This document shows, in pieces, positions 11,417 through 24,659 of a DNA stretch of 64,000 bases. The notes below the pieces were generated by a model. It had not been told where the DNA came from and ran no database searches. It saw only the letters and a list, made by a program, of their open reading frames with translations. The number at the start of each line of letters is the position of its first letter. Within the stretch, counting starts at the first letter, position 1. The position numbers and the translations under genes were made by a program. The stretch is from Octopus sinensis (taxonomy: Eukaryota): NCBI RefSeq assembly GCF_006345805.1, contig NC_042998.1, positions 69,502,001 through 69,566,000 on the forward strand. The letters run 5' to 3'.

Positions 11417-11899
11417 AGAAAGGGCTGCACCCTGTATTGTCATGGAGACAATAAAGGCAAGAGAAAGTATCAAGTTTGAATTGTTAAAATTTCACTCAAA
11501 ATCATGTTTTGCTTTTTGTATTACTTGCAGAGAAGAGAGAAGGAAGAAAACAAGTTGACTCCTCACCCATCCTGATAGGATGAATTATAACAGTTGGGAC
11601 AGTGAGCCCTATTGAAATGGAGTATAATTCTCATACCAGTCAGTCACTGAGAATCTGAAAACTTAATGTCACACACCATTATCATCAATGTTTAACATCC
11701 ACTTTTCCATGCTTGCATGGATCAAATGGAATTTGTGAACACAGATTTTCTACAGCCTGCTTTCTCCCATTTCCTGTATCCACCCATACCTGTTTCCAAA
11801 TAAGGTAATGTTACATCATGACCAGACATGCTTTCACACAACACTAAAAACCAAGGATCCTGGCATGATGGTGACACTTGTTTACAATTATCACACAAC

Positions 11900-12310
11900 A
11901 TAGGTGTAGGAGTGGCTGTGTGGTAAGTAGCTTGCTTACAAACCACATGGTTCCGGGTTCAGTTCCACTGCGTGGCACCTTAGGCAAGTGTCTTCTACTA
12001 TAGCCTCGGGCCAACCAAAGCCTTATGAGTGGATTTGGTAGACGGAAACTGAAAGAAGCCCGTCGTATATATATGTATATATGTGTGTGTGTGTGTGTGT
12101 GTGTTTGTATGACTGTATTTGTCTCCCCAACATCGCTTGACAACCGATGCTGGTGTGTTTACATCCCCATAACTTAGCGGTTTGGCTAAAGAGACCGATA
12201 GAATAAGTACTAGGCTTGCAAAGAATAGGTCCTGGGGTCTATTTGCTCGACTAAAGGCAGTGCTCCAGCATAGCCACAGTCAAATGACTGAAACAAGTGA
12301 AAGAGTAAGA
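11900..12310 (+). mobile_element. tRNA-derived CORE-type SINE, near full length (dominant family in the window)
   Basis: Head gtggctgtgtggtaag..gggttcagt(c/t)ccac, CORE-like ggcacctt(a/g)ggcaagtgtctt, central (TA/TG)n, tail ending gaaacaagtaaaagag. Other copies or fragments at about 953-1100, 5345-5500, 6300-6470, 6720-6870, 12350-12700, 16000-16200, 16795-16955, 21745-22040, 30830-31210, 33545-33745, 34140-34300, 34620-34790, 35065-35450, 41345-41730, 59645-59810 and 60200-60490. Confidence 0.8.
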
Positions 12311-12971
12311 GTAACATCAAGGCAAGAACACAATAACACATACTTATAGGTGCAGGCGTGGCTGTGTGGTAAGAAGCTTGCTTTCCAGCCTCATGGTTCC
12401 AGGTTCGGTCCCACTATGTGGTACCTTACTATAGCCTCAGGTCAACCAAAGCCTTCTGAGTGGATTTGGTAGACAGAAACTGAAAGAAGCCCATTGTGTG
12501 TGTGTGTGTGTGTTTGTCTCTCACCACTGCTTGAGAATTGGTGTTGGTGTGTTTACATCCCTGTAACTTAGCAGTTTGGCAAAAGAGACACGTGGAATAA
12601 GTATGAGGCTTTAAAAATTAAGTACTGGGATCGATTCTTCAAGGCAGTAGTCCAGCATGGCTACAGTCTAACGACTGAAATAAGTAAAAGAATAAAAAAT
12701 ATACACACAAAACTATAGGCATTTTTCAGTTTCTGGCCTCGTACTATGTTAGAAAATACTTGCTCAAGGTGCCATGCAGTGGGACCAAACTTAAGACCAT
12801 GTAGTTGGGAAGCAAACTTCTTACCACACAGCCACACCAGTGCCTCCAGAATCCCTTCCTAATGCCAAACACTTTGCAGAGTGTACTGAGTGCCTTCTAT
12901 GTGGCACCAGTACTAACAGGGTCAACAAGTACCTTGCAAGACAATAACCCCTCAACTGGGTTGAGCCCATA

Positions 12972-12972
<1 letters not shown>

Positions 12973-13020
<48 letters not shown>

Positions 13021-13029
13021 ATACATACA

Positions 13030-13061
<32 letters not shown>

Positions 13062-13480
13062 CACATACATATATATACACATACATACATATACACATAC
13101 ATACATATACACATACATATATATACACATACATACATATACACATACATATATATACACATACATACATACATACATATATATACACATACATACATAC
13201 ATATATATACACATACATACATACATATATATACACATACATATATATACACATACATACATACGTATATATACATACATACATACATACATACATACGT
13301 ATATATACACATACATACGTATATATACACATACATACGTATATATACATACATACATATATATACACATACATACATACATATACACATACATACATAC
13401 ATACATACATATACACATACATACATACTTATATACACATACATACATACATATACACATACATACATACATACATATAC

Positions 13481-13545
<65 letters not shown>

Positions 13546-13549
13546 ATAT
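12973..13549. repeat. Compound microsatellite (TA)n-(TACA)n/(TACACA)-(TA)n
   Basis: Seen directly; source of the MYVC-repeat ORFs. Confidence 0.97.
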
Positions 13550-15279
13550 GCATGCATCTGTGTGTCTGTGTTTGTCCTCCCACCACCATCAATTGACAAC
13601 TGATATTGGTGTGTTTATGTCCCTGTAACTTAGTGGTTCGGCAAAAGAGACCAATAGAATAAATACTAGGCTTACAAAGAATAAGTCCTGGGATCGATTT
13701 ATTCGACTAAAGGCAGTGAGCCAGCATGGCCACAGTCAAATATCTGAAACAAGTAAAAGAATAGAAGAATATACCTAAACAGACTGGATAGCCATGGCTG
13801 GAGTGCCAGTGATCACATGACTATTCATCAGGCCTGACCTGGGGTTTAACAACAATAACCTGAGTTATTTTCACAGGTAGAGTGAAGTAATCTTCACTAT
13901 TGAAGTGCGACTCTGGATAAATAATAGTAGGAAGGCTTATTAACAAACTAGTTCAGTCCTCTCATACACTGGTTGGTATATTTTCATTGAAGGGCTGGCT
14001 AGGAAATCTCTAGAGTTGCAGCAGAACTGCTGATAAACATTTTAATAGGATGACAGGAGATAAAAATAAAGTTAGAAGTGGTTCATACATCTTGCAGTGA
14101 AACAGTGGGTGGATTTTCAGCATCAGTCCACTGCTTACAAAACAAGTGTTAGATACACACAATCTAAAATACATCTGTTGTAAATAGAAGTTACTACTAG
14201 TATACATGAATCGAGATAGACTTCTGTTGTTAAAAGACAACACATCACATAGCAAAACAGACAGGACATAATTTATTAGACTTAATGTTATATAATTATA
14301 GGAAAGGGATTTAGACAAAAACAGTGAGAAATGTTATTAGAGGTATGTAAAGGTGTACATTAACACAATAAGAAAAATATAAAAATAGAGGGGAAGAAAA
14401 AATAAACATGTCTAATAACAGAGGATAATTTAACAAACCTAAAAAGTTAGCAGTGTCGCTGTATCTCGTACATGGCAAAGAAAGAGAAGAACTTGAGGAC
14501 AAAAATGTGTGTGTGTGCATGCATGTGAGTATAATCTGGTGAATGCAATTGAAACAATATTAGATTAAAATAGCTATTTAAGTATCATACTTAATGTATA
14601 TACACTGTTGACAGGTTAGTTGCTGTGATTTTCATCTAAGATAAAATCTTTGGGTATCCCGTGTTTAAAAACAATATTTATTGGAAGGAGACAAAAAAAA
14701 AATCATCCCAACATCAGCTAGAGAGAATGACAGATGTAAACACACACACACAAACATTTGTATCACATTAAATGCTCATATTACAAACTTATCTTTTTAT
14801 AATCTCAAATACATTTAATGATGTATGTTAATAAAGGAAAATTCAACAAAAAGACAATCAATTCTACATTAAATTCACACACACACAAACTAAAATATTA
14901 TTGAAGTAAAACAAATATTACAATTCACAAAAATTTATGAATATATAAAAATTTTATGTAACTTTAAAATCTATTCGTCAACATGTTTGTATTTTATTAT
15001 GTAGAATCCAGACAGATAAGGTTATGCAAAGAATACGCTTCAAATATTTACAATAGAATAATCTATTTAAACTGATATCAAGAAATATTTCAAAAGTTTT
15101 CACACACATCTGAAGCTCAGGAGAAGAATACAGGCCCTTATATGAGAAATCTAACATTTAAATCCATCATGGTAGTGAAATAATGAAAATGTTTACATTG
15201 TTTGGTTAAATGTGCAACAAAATAGAATCTCCCCCGCTTTTACATCCAATGTAACCTAAAGAATTTTGGTTCTACTTAC

Positions 15280-15440
15280 GCAGAGTTCATACGTAGCAGC
15301 GACATCACTTCAGAAGCAGCAGCGACAGCAGCAATATCGTGGAGAAAGTTCGTCGCCGTTCAACAACAACACTGCCAAATAACTAGCTGAAGGTCACTAA
15401 GACTCATCGCTTAAAAAGCAAGGCCTCTGTTGCTGTCTAT
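15280..15440 (-). other. Candidate non-coding 5' UTR exon of FRS2 (161 nt)
   Basis: Acceptor atgtttgccag| follows a long T-rich, AG-free stretch (about 75 nt). Donor TGC|GTAAGTAG. The exon is non-repetitive, richer in GC and CpG than its flanks, and has no long ORF. Confidence 0.5.
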
Positions 15441-16738
15441 CTGGCAAACATAATTACAACAGTTTGAGAAATGACACCAAAAAAAGAAAAAAATAATAAC
15501 AAAAAGAAACAAACAAAACTAAAACAAAACAACAAAAAAAGCTAACCATTTGCTGTATTAATGACTTCCTGCTCCATTAAACTGTTAGCAATAGTAGCTG
15601 AGTTGATGTTGCAAGGAGGAGCTGGAAGAGCTAGCACAGCAGATGACCTTTCCCAGCAGAGAGAATGAAAAATAAACCCAAATACTATCTGAAATATTCC
15701 CTCATATAACAATTTTACAAATTTTTGCCTTTATTTTTGTGTGTGTGCGTGCCTTTTTGTTTTGTTTTGTTTTGTTGTTTTTTTCCAAGAGACAATTTTG
15801 GTGACATTTCTAGAAATCAGTTCCTCTAAACAACAATAGTACAAGAAAGCAGCAAGAGACAAGCCAAATAAGAATAATAATGATAAATAGGACAAGTTGG
15901 TCCTTAAATGAAATATAAATTAGTTTGATAACAAAATAGGACAAAGCATTTCACAATATCTGAATTTTTCTTTCATTCTTTTTTCTTTCTGTGCTTCAGT
16001 CATTTTCACTGCGGCCATTCTAGAGCACCACCTTTAATCGAACAAATCGACCCCAGGACTTATTCTTTGTAAGCCTAGTACTTATTCTATCTGTATCTTT
16101 TGCCAAACCACTAAGTTACGGGGACATAAACACACCAACATCAGTTGTCAAGTGATGGTGGTGGGACAAACAGACACACAAATACACACATATATGGCTC
16201 CCCATACAGGTGGCACATAAAATGCACCATCCAAACATGGTTGATGCCAGTCTCCCTGCCTCGACTGGCTCCTGTGCCAGTAGCATGTAAAAAGCACCAT
16301 CTGAACATGGCCAATGCCAGTGCCGCCTGACTGGCTCCTGTGCCAGTAGCACATAAAAAGCAGCCACTACACTCTTGGAGTGGTGGCATTAGGAAGGGCA
16401 TCGAGCTGTAGAAACACAGCTAGATCAGATTGGAGCCTGGTGTGGCCTTCTGGCTTGCCAGTCCCCAATCAAACTGTCCAATTCATGCCAGTATGGAAAA
16501 CGGAAGGAAAATGCCCCTTGTATTTGAATACTATGCAAATATTCTTTTAAAAAACTTTTCATTTAATTTTTCCAAAATCTAATTGTTTTCCATACTTACA
16601 GTTGAAAAAGTCTCAATGACTGAAACCGGTACTGAAATGTTTTTTATAAAATTATTTTAGCATTTTCTACCTTGACGTTTTTTTCCATATATGTGTATAT
16701 ACCATCCAACCCATGCTAGCATGGAAAACGGATGATGA

Positions 16739-16794
<56 letters not shown>

Positions 16795-16974
16795 ATGGGC
16801 TTCTTTAAGTTTCTGTCTACCAAATCCACTCACAAGGCTTTGGCCAGCCCGGAGCTATAGCAGAAGACACTTGCCTAAGGTGCCACGCAATGGGACTGAA
16901 CCCAGAACCATGTGGCAGATAAGCAAACTACTTACCACACAGTCACTCCTGTGCCTATTAAACAGATTTGATAA

Positions 16975-17590
16975 TACAGTTCTATATTTAAGAAATGAGG
17001 AATTATGTACATTATTTACACTTGACGGATATTTGTCATCTTGTTTGTTGTTAACAGGCATATGGCATAGTGGTTAAGAGTGCGGGCTACTAACCCCAAG
17101 ATTCTGAGTTTGATTTTTTGGCAGTGGCCTAAATAATAATAATAATAATAAAAAAATAGTTTTTAAAAAAGTCAATAGATATGACAGGTTAGCTTGGGAG
17201 GTTAAGCAGTTGTGGTCGATGGAAAAGGTGGTAGTGGTACCAATAATTGTCGGAGTCATGTACTTCTTGAGAAGTACATGGAACAAATAGGGGCTGCAAT
17301 AAGGGCGGAGCACTTGCAGAAAACAGCACTGTTTGGAACTGCTCAAATACTCTGGATGGTGCTCGAAAAATAAGAGGTGTTACCTTAGTTCACTGGTAGT
17401 GAACAGCTGGCATCTCCAGCGTTAGAAGCTGTGCAAAGACAATGATAGTAATAATAACATCGAAAATACTTTAGGAATGAGAACCCAGGCTCAAAATTTC
17501 CTCAAGACACCTGATGAAAGCCAAAACGTTGTGTTAACAACAAACAAGATGAGGACAAACATTCGTCAAATGTAAATAATGTAAATAATG
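16975..17590 (+). mobile_element. tRNA-head / hammerhead element, copy 4, with an inverted tail fragment at its 5' end and a LINE insertion in the AAT linker
   Basis: Inverted tail 16975-17055, head from 17057, tail 17445-17590 with GACAC-CTGATGA..AAAACGTTGTGTT (stem II deleted). Confidence 0.75.
17152..17440 (+). mobile_element. 3' end of a restriction-like-endonuclease LINE (R4/Dong-like)
   Basis: Translates with a frameshift as RYDRLAWEVKQLWSMEKVVVVPIIVG...EKYMEQIGAAIRAEHLQKTALFGTAQILWMVLEK*, a C-terminus typical of REL-clade LINEs. Flanked by AAT repeats. Confidence 0.7.
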
Positions 17591-19774
17591 TAGATTTGAT
17601 AATAATATCTGAAGGCATGTGACCCTGTGATTCAGATATTGCATTTATAATGACTAGATCATGTGTTTGATTCTTGGATTGAGTGCTACATTCTGTTCTT
17701 GGGCAAAACACTTCATTTCACATTGTTCCAGTCCACTCAACTGTAAACATGTCACCCTGCAATAGACCAGACTTACGATCAGGTCAATTACATGATGTAA
17801 ATATCTAAACATTTAATATCCAAGAAGTGAAGGGGGTGGAGTGGATTAGTAGAAAGGGTGGAGTGACAGACAAAATATTCTGCAGGTTTAGTTAGACCTT
17901 AACATTCAGGGTTCAAATCTCAACAAAGTCAATGTTGCTTTTAATCAATCAAAAGGTCAATAGAATAAAATGCCAATCAAGTACTGGGGTCCAGATTTTA
18001 CACTCTTGTACTAATGCTAGAAATCAAATATCTTAACAGACATCATCATTGAACATCCAAATTCTATGCTATCATGGATTGGACAGCTTGACAAAATCTG
18101 AAGGATTCAAGGACTGTATTATGCTCCAGTATGTGCTTTAGCATGGTCTCCATGACTGGATGTCCTTGCTAATGCCAACCATTTTACAGAGTGCTTTTAT
18201 TATACTTATTTCTTTACTACCCTCAAGGGGCTAAATACAGAGAGGACAAACAAGGACAGACAAACGGATTAAGTCGATTATATTGACCCCAGTGTGTAAC
18301 TGGTACTTATTTAATCGACTCCGAAAGGATGAAAGACGAAGTCGACCTTGGCGGAATTTGAACTCAGGACGTAGCAGCAGACGAAATACCACTAAGTATT
18401 TCGCCCAGCACGCTAACGTTTCTGCCAGCTCGCTGCCTTTTATTATACCACCAACAATAGTGAGGTCACTGTGCAACTTACAAGAATATGAACCCAAATA
18501 GGGAAAGGCAACATTGTGTTGCGAAAGTATGGGGTAAAAGAGCAAGAGAGAAAGGGCCAGAGCATAACAGGTTTCTTGAAGCAGAGAAGCAACGTGACAA
18601 CTCACATTTTAGAGGGGAGGATGGTGGGGTGAATCTGGAAATCATCACAATCATTTGATGTCTGTTTTTCATGCTGGCATGGGTTGGACAGTTTGACAGG
18701 AGCTGTCAAGCCAGAGACTATACCAGGCTCCAACTGTCTGTTTTAGCATGGTTTCTACAGCTGGATGCCATCCCTAATGCCAAACACTTTACCAAGTGTA
18801 CTGGGTGCTTTTATGTGGCACCAGCACAGGTACTTTTTACATAGCACCATATGGCACCAGCACTGATGCTTTTTATGTGGTACCAGCACCAGCATTTTTT
18901 ACATGGTACCAGCACCAGTGTTTTTTACGTGGCACCAGCACAAGTGCTTTTTACATGGTACCAAGTACCTTCCAAGGCAAAATCCTCAACAGGCTTCTTT
19001 CAGTTTCCGTCAACCAAATCCACTCAGGACTATAGAAGACACTTGCCCAAGGTGTCACACTGTGGGTCTGAACCTGGAATCATGTGGTTGGGAAGCAAAC
19101 TTCTTACCACAAAACCATGCCTGCACCTTCATCATCACCATTCTCATCATCATTTAACGTCTATTTTCCATGCGGGCATGGATTGGACAGTTTGACAGAA
19201 GCTGGCAAGCCAGAGGGTTGCACCAGGTGCCAGTCATCTGCTCTGGCATAGTTTCTATGGCTTGTTGCCCTTATTAACGCCAACCACTTTACACAATGTA
19301 CTCAGTGCATGCAAACAGCGTCCAATCTTTCATTAAAACATGTCTGGTCATGAGGAAACCTGAACTTGATTGGAAACAGGAGAGGGTTGGCAACGGGAAA
19401 GGTTTCTGATTAGAAAATCTCCCTCAATAAATTACATTTGACCCTTCTGAGCCTAGAAAAACTAACATTAAAACAATGATGGTATTACACTGCATTATCA
19501 AATGTTTTCTCTCTTTGTTTCTTAGACAACAGAATGTAATCTGAGGGAAATTTCACTCCTATTCCTAGCAGTCTGAAGAACAACATAAAGGCACCTAATT
19601 GTAATGTATGACAGTCTGACTAATTAGACAACTATAATATTTACAAATCAATATGGTAGCACTCCTAGGACAGGTTATCTACTATAATAATACTCTTTCT
19701 ACATCACAACATATGAATGAGAAAGGATGGAGTGATGGCAAACCAGTAGTGAGATGATGGAAATTCTACGATGA

Positions 19775-20090
19775 AAAAGAAAATCAAACAGCATTTCAAC
19801 TTTGTGTGAGTATAAGCGTGTGTATGTAAAAGGGAGGTATGTGAATGTTTGTGTGTGTGTAATAGAAGTGGGATGGTGGACATTCAACACTGAAAAGAAA
19901 AATCAAACAGCATTTCAACTCTGTGTGAGTGAGTATAAGCGTGTGTATGTAAAAGGGAGGTATGTGAATGTTTGTGTGTGTGTAATAGAAGTGGGATGGT
20001 GGACATTCAGCACTGAAAAGAAAAATCAAACAGCATTTCAACTCTGTGTAAGTATGTACAAGGGAAGTATGTGAATGTTTGTATGTGTGA
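19775..20090. repeat. Tandem minisatellite, about 120-bp unit, about 2.6 copies
   Basis: gaaaagaaaatcaaacagcatttcaact recurs at about 19776, 19893 and 20015. Confidence 0.9.
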
Positions 20091-21089
20091 ACCAACATTC
20101 TTTCAGTAACAAGCGATGATTGATGTCACATCTCAACAGCAACCACTAGATAACATTGACGTGTGTATTAATTTGAAATACCATCCATATTCTGTTTTGT
20201 TAGAAATAATTATTACTATCACACACACCTACACAAACATTAGAGAAAATAATTATTGCCTGAAAGTATCAAGAATATAAAACAACTGCAGTTGAAAGGT
20301 ATATTATAAATACACATCTTAATTTAACAGTTTATACATGTCATTAATTTATTTATATTAAGAAATGTTTACCCAGTAACTATACATAAACTAACCGACA
20401 TTCTTTCAGTAATAAATGATGATCAATGTCACATCTCAAAAGACATCCACTGGATAACATTGACACGCGTATTAATTTGATTTACCATCCATATTCTGTC
20501 TTTTTGCTAAAAGTAATTATTACAACCATACACACCTATACAAACTGATTAGAGAAAATAATTATCACCCGCGTGTATCAAGGATATAAAACAAATATAA
20601 TACTATAATTAGGTGTCATTTTTGATGGCACAGAGCCAGCTAGTAAGTTATATAATCACTTAGCAAAAACTGTCACAAAAAAATATCTAACTTGTAACAA
20701 CAGGACACATTACACCATAATCATTATTTTACAATTTTACATTTGCTTTCTACACTGCGTGTGTTGGTTCATCAGGACTTGATCCATTTTTAGTAGGCGC
20801 TGCTGCTCCCATACACTGCAACACTAGTGAGGTTGAATGACCCTTAACGAGACTGGACTAAGGGGGACCTCACGACCCTATGCTTTCATTGTTCATATGA
20901 CAACCACTGTAAAGTGTGCAGAGGGTGATTTTTGTTGTACAAGTTCCAGAGTGGTTGTTGTCTTACTCATCTGTTACCTGAGAGAGCTAAATTAAGGGCA
21001 TATCACTAATAAAGCAACAATATGCAGATTACCGACAGGAGGAATTCTGAAAGCCATCTCCTCTCCTATACACTGCATCTGATTCCTCT

Positions 21090-21390
21090 AATTCCCAGTA
21101 TTCCTTTTGTCACACCTGTGTTCTTTCAGTCACATTAAATATCCAACAGACCAGATTCACATCATTTCTTTCCTGCCAACATGTATCCTCAGCTCTCACC
21201 ATCCAAGTTTCACTACAATGTATGATCACACATCGGACACCAGTATCATAGCATCTACACTTGACAAGGAGAGGGAGGGAGAATCCTTCTGCAGTCAACA
21301 GAGGTTAATGTCTCCCTGGAAAATTTCCAATCATCCTTATTCTGGTAACAATGATTCCATAACATTCACCTCCACTGCTGATTACTAATT
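21090..21390 (-). mobile_element. Old RTE LINE ORF2 fragment
   Basis: FSLPLLVKCRCYDTGVRCVIIHCSETW aligns to GLSLRVKGRLYDACVRTAMLHGSETW of the 47-50 kb element. Confidence 0.7.
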
Positions 21391-22057
21391 ACTTCTTATG
21401 AGCTTTCTGGGTAATTGAATACTGATAGTCACATTGAGAACACGATGACTTCTTTTGTGCTGGTGTTGCAAAAATTGCATTCAATACATTCTGCAAAGTG
21501 CAAGGAAATGAGGTGCTTTTAGTCTTGTGCAAGACATGGCGACCTCTCTGGTGCTGATGCCATGAAAAAGTATCCAGTACACTGTAAAGGAGGTTGGTAT
21601 TAGAAAGGGTATCCAACTGTAGAAAATCAACCAAAAATGAAGCAAACAGACTGCAGTCCTCCTAATCCATTTCAAGTAGGTATTACCGAATATGTACTGA
21701 CTGTCTATGGCGAATCCAACCAACTCAAGCTACCAAAGAAAGCATCCCACAGTGCGGCTCCTTGGGCAAGTGTCTTCTACTATAGCCTCAGGCCAACCCA
21801 AGCCTTGCGAGTGGATTTGGTAGACGGAAACTAAAAGAAGCCCGTCGTGTGATTGTATGTGTGTTTTTATCCCCACCACCATTGCTTGACAACTGTATTT
21901 GTAACTAAGCAGTTCAGCAAAAGAGACCAATAAAATAAATACTAGGCTTACAAAGAATAAGCCCTGGAGTCAAATTGTTCGACTAAAGGCAGTGCTGTAG
22001 CATGGCCACAGTCAAATGAGAAACAAGTAAAAAAATAAAAGAAAACCTGTAACTTAC

Positions 22058-22171
22058 CTGGTATGTTTTGTGATTCAACTGAGAGACACAAGCTCTCAGA
22101 AGCTGCCACATTCTTCAGTACTTGATGTAAGTATTACAAGAGAGTTGAAACATTTGGAGTATATGAGGAAT
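22058..22171 (-). other. Candidate non-coding 5' UTR exon of FRS2 (114 nt)
   Basis: Acceptor ttttaatttcctttcag|, donor CAG|GTAAGTT. Stop codons in all three frames. Confidence 0.7.
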
Positions 22172-22879
22172 CTGAAAGGAAATTAAAATAGTAAAGTGGT
22201 AAGTGTTTAAAATATATCATCATCATCATCATTTAATGTCCACTTTTCCATGCTTTCATGGATCAGATGGAATTTGTTGAAACAGATTTTCTATGGCTGG
22301 ATGCCTGCCTTGTTGCCAACCCTCACCTGTTTCCAAACAAGGAAATATTTTTCCATGGCTGGGCATGTATTTTACTGTATCAGGACAGTTACCCCCTACC
22401 CCAAGACAATTCCCCCCGACGACCACTACCTCCTAGAACAATTACCCTGCTTGGTTAATTACCCATTCTCCAATATATTAAGAACTTTTAAATCATCATC
22501 TGTTATCCTCAGAAGTAATTGTCTTTGTGGTGGTGGTGGTGGTGGTGGTGGGGTAAATGTCCTAGACTTGTATTTTACAGAAGGATAGTAATGAACAACC
22601 TCACTCATATGACAACCATCGTATGATGTCTACACAAACACACACAGAGAATAAATGTATGTATATATGTACACAATAGTACGCACAAACACACACATAT
22701 ATATATATATACATATATGTAAATATATGGTTCAAAGTTGTACAAAAAACAAAAGACAGAGGCAAGTGAAAGAGTAACAAACAAGGTGTATTACTTTGAA
22801 ACCCAGGAAAAATGGAAGAGAAAATAGATGGAGAGTGGGGGAAAAACATGTCTGGATTAGCAGCTGCACGTGTTGAATT

Positions 22880-23590
22880 GTATCTCACCGAGGCAATGAC
22901 TAGTGACCGAGATTTTTGGAGACATGCTGTGCTTGAGAAGACCCGGTAAGCCAAGTGAGACCATTACCTTGTGGCCTATGCCAGTGGTGTATAACCAGCC
23001 CACTTATGAGTACTCCTCATTCATTGCACAATGAACTCTGCTTGCAAAGACCTGTTGAGGCAAGTGAAATCAAAATCACTGACGTGGCCAATGACAGTAC
23101 CGCCCGATTGGCACTTGTGCCTTTGGAACATTAAAAGCACCATCTGAGCATGATTGATGCCAGGGCCGTTGACTGGCACCCGTGCTGGTGGCATGTAAAA
23201 TGCACCATTTAAGTGTGATCGTTGCCAGCATCACCTTACTGGCACATGTGCCGGTAGCATGCGAAATACAACATTCAAGCGTGGTCATTGCCAATGGCAC
23301 CGGACTGGCTCCCATGCAGGTGGCACCGGACTGGCTCCCATGCAGGTGGCATGTAAAAACACCTTTTCAGCATGGCCGTTGCCAGTACCGACAAACTGGC
23401 ACTCATGCTAGTGACATGTAAAAGCATCCACTACACTCTCGGAGTGGTTGGCATAAGGACATCCAGCTGTAGAAACTTTGCCAGATCAGATTGGAGCCTG
23501 GTGCAGCCTTCTGGCTCGCCAGTCCTCAGTCAAACTGTCCAACCCATACCAACATGGAAAACGGACGTTAAACAACTATGATGATGATGT
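22880..23590 (+). mobile_element. RTE LINE 3' end with tandem-repeat 3' UTR and (GAT)n tail
   Basis: Collinear with 49240-49905. Shorter 3' tails of this family at about 1110-1200, 16200-16500, 18650-18970, 19140-19310, 25775-25960, 31810-32250, 33748-34110, 38152-38405, 40320-40500, 40895-41245, 42040-42475, 45980-46180, 46195-47060, 55320-55720 and 58130-58335. Confidence 0.8.
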
Positions 23591-23591
23591 G

Positions 23592-23627
<36 letters not shown>

Positions 23628-24659
23628 GGCTTTCATTCAGTTTCTCTCTGTTAACTCTACTCCTCAAGTTGAAGATGCCTGGCCATTTTAACAGAAGACC
23701 ATGTCCAACAACAGAGTCCATTTTCTTTTTCTAGATATGTAGTTCACTTACTGCAGACCATCAAAATTTTAATCAAATACTGAATAATCAATTGAACCTC
23801 ATCTCCACAATCCTACAGGTGGTATCTCATTAAGAAATTGATCCAACAAAGTACTTGAACTTAAAATATTATGGCACTTTCATAAGGGATGATGCAGAGC
23901 TGATGTTAAAGATTCCTGGTTTTCAGAATAGGTGTACCATATTCTTGTGTCTCAAGAAGCAACCAAAAGGCTTGGTACCTGGAAAGGCAACCCATAAAGC
24001 TAAATGATTAAGTTTAATTAATTGCAAACATTTTTTCAAAATCTTAAACTGTGAGATAGCATTTTTTTAATGTCCTACAGCCTTCTCTATCCATTTCCAT
24101 CTCTACTTTATTTCCAAATAGTTAAATTCTTTGCTGGAACCTCCACTTTTCATATCAAGAACAGGAATAAAAAAAATATCATTTCCCATCTCTGTATGTC
24201 TGTAGTTGTGTATTTATATAAGGTTATTAATACTGCAGTGTGGAAAGTGTTTATAAGCCATTTAAAAACACACAAAAACCATTAAATTCACTTCAATATT
24301 TAAATTTAATTTGTCAAAATATTTTCGTCGCTTTGAGACCACGACCTGTTCACTGACAAAATTTTGTGCTGCATCTAAATACTATTAATATTAAAATGTA
24401 CAAATACATTGATGGAAAAGAAATAAGTTACACAGGGGATGTGTTGGAAAACTTACGGATGATTCTAATAGATATAACTAACATTTTTATGATTCCTTTA
24501 AAACAAACACGAGATTCTGAGCCTCCAATTTTTTTAATAACAAATCAATCAAAATACATATTATACAAAAAATATATTAATGTAAATGAAATATATTTCT
24601 ATACAAAACAAAATATTTCATACACATTTATTATACAAAATAATATATTTATGCACTTT

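Noticed and set aside
12821-13592. 227-231 aa MYVC-repeat ORFs (also 63449-63959, 1339-1696, 52827-53276 and similar)
   Set aside because: Translations of TA/TG/TACA microsatellites that happen to lack stop codons.
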